A stretch of DNA of 26,233 bases from a virus (Duplodnaviria > Caudoviricetes): IMG/VR virus record IMGVR_UViG_3300043451_000056, positions 1-26,233 of that record; one strand, 5' to 3'. The notes under the pieces were generated by a model that worked only from the letters and a program-made list of their open reading frames with translations, was not told the DNA's origin and did not search any database. Below, piece by piece: positions 1 to 8,386 of this stretch. Within the stretch, counting starts at the first letter, position 1, and each line of letters opens with the position of its first letter. The translations under genes and the position numbers were made by a program.

Positions 1-105
1 AACTATGCGCCAAAATATGTCAAATAAAAATAAACCTGCGAAATACCTAGAAAACGTTGTACTTTAAAAAGAATTTTAAGGGATAGTAGTATCAAGTAAA
101 ACAAA

Positions 106-121
106 TTGTACTACCTTTGAT
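106..121 (+). promoter_or_regulatory. Bacteroidota-type sigma-A promoter, -7 element
   Basis: TACCTTTG (TAnnTTTG) at 112-119; the 16-mer TTGTACTACCTTTGAT matches 13771-13786 at 15/16; no clear -33 TTTG. Confidence 0.6.
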
Positions 122-278
122 TCAAGATTTACAACAGGTCAAATTCCAAAAGAGGAAAACTGATTTTTCAGAGATTTATAAAATATGTTTTTTGATTGCG
201 GTGGTGTAGTGAACCATTGATAGTACCTGTCGGTGTATAGGTTAACCGACTTTTAACTGAAACTAAATAATAGAAAAT

Positions 279-470
279 ATGAAAAAGAAAAAGACCAGCC
301 TCGCATTTAAAGCGTTCAGTTCATTTACTATTAGTTTTATTGTATTCGCTTACGCTAAATCAGATTTCTTTGAATACACAGAAATCAAGGCTATGCAAAT
401 AGTTATAGCATCATTTTTGACTTTAGTTTGGAGTGCAACTGAAGATACAAATAGCAATTACGAAGACTAA
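279..470 (+). CDS. small membrane protein, two hydrophobic segments
   Basis: 63 aa, basic N-terminus, two hydrophobic stretches, A-rich start context. Confidence 0.7.
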   Translation: MKKKKTSLAFKAFSSFTISFIVFAYAKSDFFEYTEIKAMQIVIASFLTLVWSATEDTNSNYED

Positions 471-481
471 ACAAAAATACA

Positions 482-799
482 ATGCCATACATAACAGAAA
501 AATTACCAATTAAAGACCCGTTTTTAGATAGGCGAACAAAACTTATTCCGTGTCAAAGAGAAATGGTTCATTGGTGGTACAAAAATGGGTTATCTATCAA
601 TAAGATTGCTCAAACATTCAAGGTCAGTAAAAGGCTGATTCAGTTTGAGTTATTTCCTGAAAGAAAGGCAAAGAATTTAAGCGATAGGCAGGACAGGGGT
701 GGCTCAATGATTTACTACAAAGGAGGCGCCGAATGGGCGGAGACAATCCGCAATCATAGAAAGTATAAATATGAAACTTTAAAACACACAGTTATATGA
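482..799 (+). CDS. HTH DNA-binding protein
   Basis: GLSINKIAQTFKVSKRLIQF fits a helix-turn-helix pattern. Confidence 0.7.
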   Translation: MPYITEKLPIKDPFLDRRTKLIPCQREMVHWWYKNGLSINKIAQTFKVSKRLIQFELFPERKAKNLSDRQDRGGSMIYYKGGAEWAETIRNHRKYKYETLKHTVI

Positions 800-1005
800 C
801 CAGAAGAAACTTAAGTGGGATATATATATTCCACAAATTTGAAGAGGACGAGCGCCGACAGCCTACAACTTTTGAAGATTGCCCTGAAGAAAAGCAAGAT
901 GAATGGCTGAATACATTAGAGCCTGAAGCTGTTAAAAATCTTGCTAAGCAATTAGCAAATACTATTAGGCATATTGGCGATGCGTTGGACTTAGCTTCAG
1001 TATAA
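796..1005 (+). CDS. hypothetical phage protein
   Basis: ATGA overlap with the upstream gene; 69 aa. Confidence 0.75.
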   Translation: MTRRNLSGIYIFHKFEEDERRQPTTFEDCPEEKQDEWLNTLEPEAVKNLAKQLANTIRHIGDALDLASV

Positions 1006-1006
1006 T

Positions 1007-1273
1007 ATGGAAGCAAAACAAACACGAGTAAGCGCAAAGATTTCTAGGAGAGATAGTTTGCGCGTAACGATAAAAGACAGCGCAGGCGACGAGCTTGTTA
1101 GCCTAGTCAACTGTAGTTACGAAAACTTAGAAGCGCTTCAAAATGATGCGCGACGAAAGCTACCAATGGGATACGATAAAAAGATGTTTGAGGTGTCAAT
1201 TGTTTGCGAGCAAAAGAACTTAGACAGAACGTGTCGAATACCAGTAGCTAGACCCATTAAAAGAAAAAGATAA
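1007..1273 (+). CDS. hypothetical phage protein
   Basis: 1 nt after the previous stop; 88 aa. Confidence 0.7.
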   Translation: MEAKQTRVSAKISRRDSLRVTIKDSAGDELVSLVNCSYENLEALQNDARRKLPMGYDKKMFEVSIVCEQKNLDRTCRIPVARPIKRKR

Positions 1274-1295
1274 ACCAAAATAAACCAAACAAAAA

Positions 1296-1901
1296 ATGAA
1301 AAATTTAGAGAAAAAAAGCGGTAGTCATTATTTTGAACTACTAAGCACATTGGAGCAAGCTCAATTCAGAGCTAATGTATTGTCACACGGAATGCTTGAA
1401 ATGGAAAACATTCTTGAGTCGAAGTTCACTTGCTTTAAGAGATTCGTAGGCAGTTGTTTTTCGTTTAAAGACTCAATTGAAGGTGAGGCATATTGGAGAG
1501 AGATTTGCGAGTCGCAAAGAGATGGCGTATCGGATGAAGATGCAGATGCAAGCGTATTAATAGACATCTTGAAGCTGTTAATCTCTGATTCAGCAAGCGA
1601 GATATTAGGCGAATCTTTCTTAGGAGAGCATCCAGCACAAGAGCTTCTTGATAAGATGGAACCAGAGCATTTCGCTGAATGGGAGAAAGAGTTTTTAAGA
1701 CAAAGAAGCGTAGAAAAAGATAGCTTTTATGCGCTTAAGTATCAGTCCCTAAAGAGTTTGATTATGTCGTCATTTGGCTTTAAAGAATCCGAGAAAGGAG
1801 GCAAGTATTGGGCAGAATTGTGTGATTATTACGAAGCTAAGGAAGCTACGACAAATTTTATTAATGATTTAGGCTTAACAAGAGAAGATGAGAGCAATTA
1901 A
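1296..1901 (+). CDS. hypothetical protein with two copies of an F-x-(F/W)-x2-S-x2-G-x2-(Y/F)W domain
   Basis: FSFKDSIEGEAYWREIC and FGFKESEKGGKYWAELC; preceded by AAACCAAACAAAA. Confidence 0.8.
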   Translation: MKNLEKKSGSHYFELLSTLEQAQFRANVLSHGMLEMENILESKFTCFKRFVGSCFSFKDSIEGEAYWREICESQRDGVSDEDADASVLIDILKLLISDSASEILGESFLGEHPAQELLDKMEPEHFAEWEKEFLRQRSVEKDSFYALKYQSLKSLIMSSFGFKESEKGGKYWAELCDYYEAKEATTNFINDLGLTREDESN

Positions 1902-2247
1902 GATAGATGTTAGAGCGCAGAGCGTATATTATATAGATGACTTTGCAACAGAATTTACGGTTCAAGAAGAACTTGACCTACACTTAGGGACAGAGACCCC
2001 AGTAGTAGGAGGTATGGTAAAGGGACACGCATTGGTTGTCCCTAACCTTAAAAATACAGGGCAATGGTATTATGCTGTCGAATGGGTTAAAGGAGTGTTT
2101 TGCGAAGATGGCATTATCACAGGGCTTGATGAGAATTGCCGCTACATCGACGCGCACCTTAACTTAGAAGACTTGCACGTTGCATTTATGTCGGCGAGCG
2201 GATTGCACATTAAAACAAATAAAATGTCAAATGAGAAAAAATACTAA
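1888..2247 (+). CDS. hypothetical phage protein
   Basis: overlaps both neighbours in operon fashion; 119 aa. Confidence 0.7.
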   Translation: MRAIKIDVRAQSVYYIDDFATEFTVQEELDLHLGTETPVVGGMVKGHALVVPNLKNTGQWYYAVEWVKGVFCEDGIITGLDENCRYIDAHLNLEDLHVAFMSASGLHIKTNKMSNEKKY

Positions 2248-2671
2248 GAGAGATTATTTTGAATTGCTTACGGTAGAGGAGCAATTTATGTACAAAACTA
2301 ATTACGAGACAGCTTCGGTAGATTCAAGAGCTTCAGCGCTAAGTTTTGAAGAATTTTTAAATGAAGACGCAAAGAACTTTCATTCATTTCTGTCGAGCGG
2401 ATTCTTTTGGATGCAGTCCGACCAAGGCCACGACTTTTGGGCTAATGTGAGCAACGATAATAGGTACTTGCCAGAATGGACAGAAGTTTATTACGACTTA
2501 ATTGATATGATTTCTGATAAAGATTCTATTATAATCAAGTCGGGTTGCAAATCCATTAAACTGCCAAAAAGGTTGGCTGATACAATCGCAGAGGAGATGT
2601 TTTTATTGGGAATGATTAGCTCCTTTGTTATCCCCGAATTAGAAGTTGGTAAGAAAATAGTATTTGAATAG
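2231..2671 (+). CDS. hypothetical protein, paralog of the repeated domain in 1296..1901
   Basis: start moved to in-frame ATG 2231; YFELL..EQ and FFWMQSDQGHDFWANV motifs. Confidence 0.75.
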   Translation: MRKNTKRDYFELLTVEEQFMYKTNYETASVDSRASALSFEEFLNEDAKNFHSFLSSGFFWMQSDQGHDFWANVSNDNRYLPEWTEVYYDLIDMISDKDSIIIKSGCKSIKLPKRLADTIAEEMFLLGMISSFVIPELEVGKKIVFE

Positions 2672-2927
2672 CATTATTATGATAAAGTTTAACGTATTAG
2701 TGAATCCGTTCACAAAGTCAATTTTGGTTTCGTCTAGGGTCAACAAAGTAGATTGTGAAACTGTCGTTGAGTATAGCGAATTAGATGAATGGCACTCTTT
2801 TGAGTTTGAAGGCATAGTATTTGATTTGAACATTGCCTATTCGGGTATGTTAGATGTAAGTATCTATAACGAGTTCGAGGATAAGCTACCTGTATCAATA
2901 AAAATAACTGATAAAGACGAGTTTTAA
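2664..2927 (+). CDS. hypothetical acidic protein
   Basis: fills the operon gap; start uncertain (TTG 2664 or a downstream ATG). Confidence 0.65.
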   Translation: MNSIIMIKFNVLVNPFTKSILVSSRVNKVDCETVVEYSELDEWHSFEFEGIVFDLNIAYSGMLDVSIYNEFEDKLPVSIKITDKDEF

Positions 2928-3151
2928 TGGAAGTATTTGAACACGGTTCCGCGGAGGCAGTAGTTGTTACCGTAGGAAAAACTTGGGTAGAGATTAGTTA
3001 TATCTACACGAGTAAAGAGAAAGAGCGAAACAGATATTATACGCCGTTGATTAACCTGTATGTTATTTTCAGGGAACTAAGAGGAAAGTATGATAAAGCG
3101 TTTGCCGACGAAGTTGTAGAGTATATTAAATCAAAAATGGACGCATTATGA
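2927..3151 (+). CDS. hypothetical phage protein
   Basis: TAATG coupling with the upstream gene. Confidence 0.7.
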   Translation: MEVFEHGSAEAVVVTVGKTWVEISYIYTSKEKERNRYYTPLINLYVIFRELRGKYDKAFADEVVEYIKSKMDAL

Positions 3152-3339
3152 AATTATTTAAAGCGATAAGCGCAATTAGTATGATATACTTTTCCATACT
3201 AATTAACATTTATGTCCAAGACGAAGGCAGGAAGGCTGCATTAATGGGCGGGGCTATGTCATTAGTATTTTTCATTTTATCATCTGTATTAAGCGCAAAT
3301 GAAGACAATAAAAAAGATAATAATAATCTCCCTAATTAG
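3148..3339 (+). CDS. small membrane protein, two hydrophobic segments
   Basis: ATGA overlap; 63 aa; two hydrophobic stretches. Confidence 0.7.
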   Translation: MKLFKAISAISMIYFSILINIYVQDEGRKAALMGGAMSLVFFILSSVLSANEDNKKDNNNLPN

Positions 3340-3547
3340 TGGTAATGGGATGCTTATTTACAGCACTTTCTCCCCTAATAAGGAACATTCGTCTCAAATA
3401 TTTGGGAAATATGAGTCGATTAAACCAGTTAGCCTGTCGGGCGTTCCCGAAGATGAGATATTCTCCGAGGAAATAGATTGTGTCTATATAGACCAAATGG
3501 GCATTAAAAATGTAACATTTAAACAAAAGAACTTTAATTTAAACTAA
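3299..3547 (+). CDS. hypothetical protein with N-terminal hydrophobic anchor/signal
   Basis: MKTIKKIIIISLISG N-terminus; ends 1 nt before the next ATG. Confidence 0.6.
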   Translation: MKTIKKIIIISLISGNGMLIYSTFSPNKEHSSQIFGKYESIKPVSLSGVPEDEIFSEEIDCVYIDQMGIKNVTFKQKNFNLN

Positions 3548-3548
3548 T

Positions 3549-3854
3549 ATGATTTCTAAATTCGAAAGCTCAATTGATGAGCGTAAAATATCAAGAACTT
3601 ATCTAACAAATTCTGGCAAAAACAGAAATATTTATGCTGTGGAGCCGTTAGCTTTTGACCCTAAGAAATTAGGAGAAGGGTATAAGTATCGCATTGCATT
3701 TTTTGCAGAGATGTCTCATCAAGTTGTAGATGCTATTTACCACGGAGCTACAGACGAATTTCGCACTTTGATAGTGAGCAATCCGTATAAGACAGGAGCT
3801 GTCACATTAGGAATACCATCGTACAATATTTTTTCTATCACACCTGTTGTGTAA
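3549..3854 (+). CDS. hypothetical phage protein
   Basis: 101 aa, last gene before the next promoter. Confidence 0.7.
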   Translation: MISKFESSIDERKISRTYLTNSGKNRNIYAVEPLAFDPKKLGEGYKYRIAFFAEMSHQVVDAIYHGATDEFRTLIVSNPYKTGAVTLGIPSYNIFSITPVV

Positions 3855-3876
3855 TAAACTTTTTGTTGTACATTTG
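3846..3876 (+). promoter_or_regulatory. Bacteroidota-type promoter of the replication operon
   Basis: TACATTTG at 3869-3876 with GTTG at 3846-3849 (19-nt spacer). Confidence 0.65.
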
Positions 3877-3884
3877 CTAAGTAA

Positions 3885-3977
3885 ACTTGTTGTCGAGAAG
3901 TTGCGGTCTGGACAATAAGTATTCAAGTCTGACTTGAGTCGGCCCCCATTTCTCCGCAACAGATTGGGGGCTTTTTT
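3885..3977 (+). promoter_or_regulatory. structured 5' leader / candidate attenuator
   Basis: hairpin 3885-3920, palindrome 3923-3937, terminator hairpin 3942-3971 plus T6; loops GTTGCGG and CCGCAAC are complementary. Confidence 0.7.
3942..3977 (+). terminator. intrinsic terminator within the leader
   Basis: GCCCCCA/TGGGGGC stem followed by TTTTTT. Confidence 0.75.
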
Positions 3978-3984
3978 ATCGGCT

Positions 3985-4233
3985 ATGGAAGAAGAATTAG
4001 AGAAGGCAGAAATACAATCAATGACAGACTTGCACGCAGAAGCGCAAGTTATTGTATGTAAGCTAAAGAAAAGGGATGCTGAATTAGAATTATTACAATA
4101 TCAAAAAGTAATTAGTTATGCCACTCCTGATATGAGCGCATTTGATGCTTTAATAGAAAGAATGGAAGAGCTTGTAGGCGAAATAAAAGACTACGAAAGA
4201 GAGATTAAAAACGTAATAGAATGGCGAAGATAA
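3985..4233 (+). CDS. hypothetical coiled-coil protein upstream of the initiator
   Basis: ATG 3985 preferred over TTG 3934, which lies inside the structured leader; E/K-rich helical sequence. Confidence 0.7.
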   Translation: MEEELEKAEIQSMTDLHAEAQVIVCKLKKRDAELELLQYQKVISYATPDMSAFDALIERMEELVGEIKDYEREIKNVIEWRR

Positions 4234-4913
4234 TCATTAAAAACAGATATGGTGTTGTGCCGAACGCACTACTAAATAGTACGGAGCTTTCGTTTCGTGC
4301 TAAGGGTGTTTACGCATACATTCAATCTAAGCCTGATGGTTGGGAATTTAGTGCAGAAAGAATATCAGCGCAATCAAAAGAGGGCTTAACGGCTGTTCGT
4401 ATGGCGTTAAAAGAATTGGAAGATACAGGGTACTTAACTAGGGTTAAACAGAGAAGTCAAAAAGGCTATTTAAACTACGAATACCAACTATTTGATAGCC
4501 CTATTGAGGTAAGTCCTACATTAGAAAATCCAACATTGGAAAATCCAACATTGGAAATTCCTACGTTGGAAAATCAAACGACATATAGTAATAAAGAAGA
4601 AAGTAAAAAAGAAGATAGTAATAAAGACGATAGATTCGAAGACTTTTGGGAAGCTTACGGAAAGAAGACAGGAAAGAAAAACGCTCAAGCTAAATGGTCT
4701 AAACTAAAAGAGAAAGAAAAAGATGCGATACTAGAAGTAATACCTAAGTACCTAATCTTTAGGCCAGACCCAGTCTACAGGAAAGACCCTGAAAGATTTA
4801 TATCTCAAAGAGTATGGGAAGATGAATCAATACAATCAATACAAGTACCAAATAGCAACAAAGAGCCAATTAATACCAAACAATTTGAACTAACTATTCC
4901 AGACAAATGGTAA
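4221..4913 (+). CDS. phage replication initiator (N-terminal HTH, repeat linker, C-terminal helical domain)
   Basis: VPNALL..LSFRAKGVYAYIQSKPDGW..ALKELEDTGY N-domain, (PTLEN)x4 linker, FEDFWEAYGKK..YRKDPERFI C-domain; directly upstream of DnaB. Confidence 0.85.
   Translation: MAKIIIKNRYGVVPNALLNSTELSFRAKGVYAYIQSKPDGWEFSAERISAQSKEGLTAVRMALKELEDTGYLTRVKQRSQKGYLNYEYQLFDSPIEVSPTLENPTLENPTLEIPTLENQTTYSNKEESKKEDSNKDDRFEDFWEAYGKKTGKKNAQAKWSKLKEKEKDAILEVIPKYLIFRPDPVYRKDPERFISQRVWEDESIQSIQVPNSNKEPINTKQFELTIPDKW
4515..4629 (+). repeat. two tandem 15-bp arrays inside the initiator gene; candidate origin (iterons plus purine/A-rich tract)
   Basis: 4x CCwACrTTrGAAAwT at 4515-4574; 3x AwAGTAAwAAAGAmG at 4585-4629. 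Confidence 0.8.
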
Positions 4914-6331
4914 AGAAATTAAAATTTGAAGACACGATGCTAGAAGAAGATGTAATATCTTATCTACTAGAACATTCTCACACTACAGGAGACGCTAACA
5001 AAATTATCAATCCGAATACATTCTCTAGCGAGCTGAATAAGCAGTCATATTTGGCGTGTGTTGAGCTTTATAACGAAAAAGGTACATTCAATCGCTTCGA
5101 TGTATTTCGTCACCTTAAATCGAAAGATTTGTCAAGCGCTGTAAATATCTCTCAAGTTATTTCAATGATGCCTAAGAGAGCAATTGACTTGTTAAGTTCT
5201 TGTTCTGAATTAAGAGAGCTTGAGTCTAAAAGATATATTGCTAACCTGTCGGCCAAGATGCAAGAAGCGTTAGCGGGAGATTGCGAAGTTAGCGAGATTA
5301 TTAGCATTATCGACAATAGCGTTTCGCATTTAACAGATGTTTCCTCTGGAGAAGAAGTTTCTACTATTAAAGACGCATACGATAGCGTAATAGCTAAGAT
5401 TGAAGCATCCGCTGGCACATCAAAGTTTAGTGGCATAGAGACTGGCTCAAGAAAGCTGAATTACCATTTGGGTGGATGGCAAAAGGGTATTACGATTATC
5501 GCAGCTAGACCATCAATGGGTAAGACTGTTGTCGGATTGGACATTGCAAAGCAGGCCGCTATATCGGGTAAGAACGTATTGTTTCTTTCATTAGAGATGC
5601 CTAAAGACTCTCTTTTGTATCGGTACATTTCTAGTGAGGCGTTCGATTATAATTATTCTGACATTAAGGCTAATCGTATTTCTCCCGAAGATGTTCAGAA
5701 GATTAAGCGTTCTAACGCTAGACTATTAAGAGAGTTGCCTATTTTCTTTTACGATTCTGATAACACAGATGTAAACTACTTGTCAATGTTAGTAGCGGGC
5801 GAGTGTCGCAAGAATAAGATTGATATGGTAGTAGTCGATTATTTGCAATTAATGAAAGATAGTCAAATTAAAAGCCAAGAAGATTTCCCTCAAGTGTCAT
5901 CTGTAATGAGCAAGATGAGAAAGCTATCAAGAAAGTTGGCAATACCCGTTATCCTGTTGTCGCAGTTATCGCGCGATGTAGAAAAGCGCACTAACAGGTC
6001 GCCTCAATTGTCTGACTTGCGTTCATCGGGTAACATTGAGCAGGATGCAGATGTAGTAATTGGCTTGTATCGTGATGACTACTACAAATACGTTGATGCT
6101 AAAGCGAGTGGGCAAGCAGTAACCCCAATGGATAACATATTGAAGTATATTATCCTTAAGAATAGAGATGGTAACGTAGGAGATGTTATCAGATATGTTG
6201 ATGTTAAGACAAATAGACTTGCTGACGAAGAAGCTGACTTGACTAGATTTGTAGAGCCTCAAGTTGTGTATAAAGATTCTGCAATCAATACGATGCAAGG
6301 CAATTTTGATGTAACCGAAACACCATTTTAA
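4907..6331 (+). CDS. dnaB: replicative DNA helicase, DnaB family
   Basis: Walker A AARPSMGKT, SLEM, VVVDYLQLM, LSQLSR, DLRSSGNIEQDAD, KNRDG. Confidence 0.96.
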   Translation: MVKKLKFEDTMLEEDVISYLLEHSHTTGDANKIINPNTFSSELNKQSYLACVELYNEKGTFNRFDVFRHLKSKDLSSAVNISQVISMMPKRAIDLLSSCSELRELESKRYIANLSAKMQEALAGDCEVSEIISIIDNSVSHLTDVSSGEEVSTIKDAYDSVIAKIEASAGTSKFSGIETGSRKLNYHLGGWQKGITIIAARPSMGKTVVGLDIAKQAAISGKNVLFLSLEMPKDSLLYRYISSEAFDYNYSDIKANRISPEDVQKIKRSNARLLRELPIFFYDSDNTDVNYLSMLVAGECRKNKIDMVVVDYLQLMKDSQIKSQEDFPQVSSVMSKMRKLSRKLAIPVILLSQLSRDVEKRTNRSPQLSDLRSSGNIEQDADVVIGLYRDDYYKYVDAKASGQAVTPMDNILKYIILKNRDGNVGDVIRYVDVKTNRLADEEADLTRFVEPQVVYKDSAINTMQGNFDVTETPF

Positions 6332-6332
6332 T

Positions 6333-7115
6333 ATGAACCATATATACAAAGAGTTAGCAAAGTTTAGGCACATTAAGTATTACGATGAGCCTCATAAGTA
6401 TTACATCGGAGCGCGTGAGATGATAAGTGGAACGACATTTATCGGACGCTACAAAGAGAAGTTTGACAGCGAAAAGATGGCCGCTAAGACAGCAGCTAAG
6501 AAGAAGATTCCATTAGAAGAAGTCCTTGAAGATTGGGCTTTCAAAGGAGATTTCTCACGAACTAAAGGAACGCTACTGCATAATTACGCGGAGAAGTATT
6601 GGTTCAATAAGATTTTCCTTGTTGATATGGGACCGTACGACGCAAGATTTGGCGAAGGCTTAATGCAAGAGCGATACGAGGCGTGTAAAGTTTTGTTTGA
6701 GGCGTTTTATAATGATGCTAAAGACTCTTTAATTCCAATTGCGGCAGAGTTTGTAATTGGAGACGAAGATGCTGGAATATGCGGAATGATTGATAAGATA
6801 TTCTGGAACCAGAAGATGGGGGAGTTGCAGATTTGGGACTATAAAACTAACAAGGAGATTAATTCTTTTTCAAAGTTTAGAAAGAAAATGCTTCATCCCA
6901 TCGCGTTTTTGCCAGAGTGTGAGCTTGTGACGTATTCGATTCAGCTAAGCCTGTATAAGTATATAATTGAAAAGAATACAAACTTGAAATTCGGTAAGAG
7001 CTACCTAGTTCATATCCACGAAGAGAATGAAAGGTACAATATAATTGAGTGTACAGATTACACGGACATAGTTAAACTAATGATTAAACACTATAAAGAT
7101 GGAAACAATATTTAA
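6333..7115 (+). CDS. PD-(D/E)XK family exonuclease
   Basis: GTLLH, AE, GMIDKI, IWDYKT and QLSLY motifs. Confidence 0.88.
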   Translation: MNHIYKELAKFRHIKYYDEPHKYYIGAREMISGTTFIGRYKEKFDSEKMAAKTAAKKKIPLEEVLEDWAFKGDFSRTKGTLLHNYAEKYWFNKIFLVDMGPYDARFGEGLMQERYEACKVLFEAFYNDAKDSLIPIAAEFVIGDEDAGICGMIDKIFWNQKMGELQIWDYKTNKEINSFSKFRKKMLHPIAFLPECELVTYSIQLSLYKYIIEKNTNLKFGKSYLVHIHEENERYNIIECTDYTDIVKLMIKHYKDGNNI

Positions 7116-7503
7116 AAAAGGAGACAAAGTATTCTGCTATATGTTTGGAGGCTGGGGAGAAGTGATTGAGGAATATGGTGCAAATGCAATTCATTGTTCT
7201 TTTTCTGCGGGTAATGTTTACCTCACAAAAGAGGGAAGATATTTGCATTTGAATAGTATCCCACCAATTTTATCCTTTACCGAATACACCCTTGAAGGCT
7301 TCTCGCAAGAACGCCCCGAAGAATTACCCAAGAAGGGGCAGATTGTTTGGGTTAGAAAAGAGTTTCCAAGTGAATGGACAATAGGGCATTTTTTTGATAA
7401 AATCGACAATGAATATTGTGTTTGTCTTAGTCCAAATTGTGGTGGAGGGACACATTCAGGAGTTGAAATCAGAACAACTAACCCGTACGAAGATGAAAAC
7501 TAA
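7099..7503 (+). CDS. hypothetical phage protein with two K-K-G-(D/Q)-x-V beta modules
   Basis: FKKGDKVF and PKKGQIVWV; overlaps the exonuclease stop. Confidence 0.75.
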   Translation: METIFKKGDKVFCYMFGGWGEVIEEYGANAIHCSFSAGNVYLTKEGRYLHLNSIPPILSFTEYTLEGFSQERPEELPKKGQIVWVRKEFPSEWTIGHFFDKIDNEYCVCLSPNCGGGTHSGVEIRTTNPYEDEN

Positions 7504-7657
7504 ACTACTTATTCTCGCAATAGCACTATCCTCTTGCGAGGCAACTGAAATACCAAAGCCGATGAAGGTTACAAAGCTGACAAAGGTTTATTCAATACAA
7601 GTTCAGCAGAATGGTAACACTTGGAATCCACAATACTTACCGAATATTGGTAAATAA
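7493..7657 (+). CDS. small putative lipoprotein
   Basis: start moved to ATG 7493; MKTKLLILAIALSSC resembles a signal peptide II with lipobox. Confidence 0.6.
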   Translation: MKTKLLILAIALSSCEATEIPKPMKVTKLTKVYSIQVQQNGNTWNPQYLPNIGK

Positions 7658-7668
7658 ACAATAAGATA

Positions 7669-7905
7669 ATGAAAATATATACAGATGAACAAGTAAGGCA
7701 AGCAATGCAAGATGCTATGATTCCATCTATTTATCAGATGGATTTATGGGGTCACTTAACCTACATCGAACTACCAAGTGATGAGGAGATAGAAGGTGCG
7801 TGTAATGAAGAATTAAATGGGTTACTATCTACATTTGGATTTAGAAAAGGTGCTAAATGGGTAATAGAACAAATTAAACAACAAGACAATGATAGAACTA
7901 TTTAA
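7669..7905 (+). CDS. hypothetical protein (YTxEQV / IELPSxEEI family)
   Basis: paralogous motifs shared with 8574..8843. Confidence 0.8.
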   Translation: MKIYTDEQVRQAMQDAMIPSIYQMDLWGHLTYIELPSDEEIEGACNEELNGLLSTFGFRKGAKWVIEQIKQQDNDRTI

Positions 7906-8179
7906 TGATTATCGTAAAAAGCCTGTAGTAATTAAGGCTATTCAATGGGATGGTACAGAATATTGGGCATCTAAAATTGCAAGCATAGATGAATTTGCAG
8001 GAATGTTAGACTTTACAACAGGAGAATTTGGTGGTTTTTACATTGATACTCTTGAAGGCAGAATGAAAGTTTCTGAAGGCGACTTTATTATTCAAGGTGT
8101 TAAAGGAGAATTTTATCCTTGCAAGCCTGATATTTTTGAAATGACTTACGAACTAATTAAACAACAAGACAATGAATAA
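7889..8179 (+). CDS. widespread phage protein (KKPVVI..TLEG..GEFYPCKPDIF family), function unknown
   Basis: recognisable conserved motif string. Confidence 0.85.
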   Translation: MIELFNDYRKKPVVIKAIQWDGTEYWASKIASIDEFAGMLDFTTGEFGGFYIDTLEGRMKVSEGDFIIQGVKGEFYPCKPDIFEMTYELIKQQDNE

Positions 8180-8375
8180 AGGAGATATTAAAACTACATT
8201 GATAATGACAGTTTACATTTTATTTGGTATTTTTTGTGGATATGAATTAGAAAGATTTTATCCTCATTCGCATAATAATAATGTAATATATGTACTTGGT
8301 TTCATTATTGGCATTTGTATGCTTAATCTGATTCTTATAATTTGGAGTTCCATTAGATTGAATATTAAAGATTAA
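8172..8375 (+). CDS. small membrane protein, two TM segments
   Basis: two long hydrophobic stretches; starts at the junction repeat. Confidence 0.75.
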   Translation: MNKGDIKTTLIMTVYILFGIFCGYELERFYPHSHNNNVIYVLGFIIGICMLNLILIIWSSIRLNIKD

Positions 8376-8386
8376 ATAACAAGGAA

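Noticed and set aside
3934-3984. TTG-start extension of the 3985 gene
   Set aside because: It runs through the terminator hairpin; ATG 3985 is more plausible.
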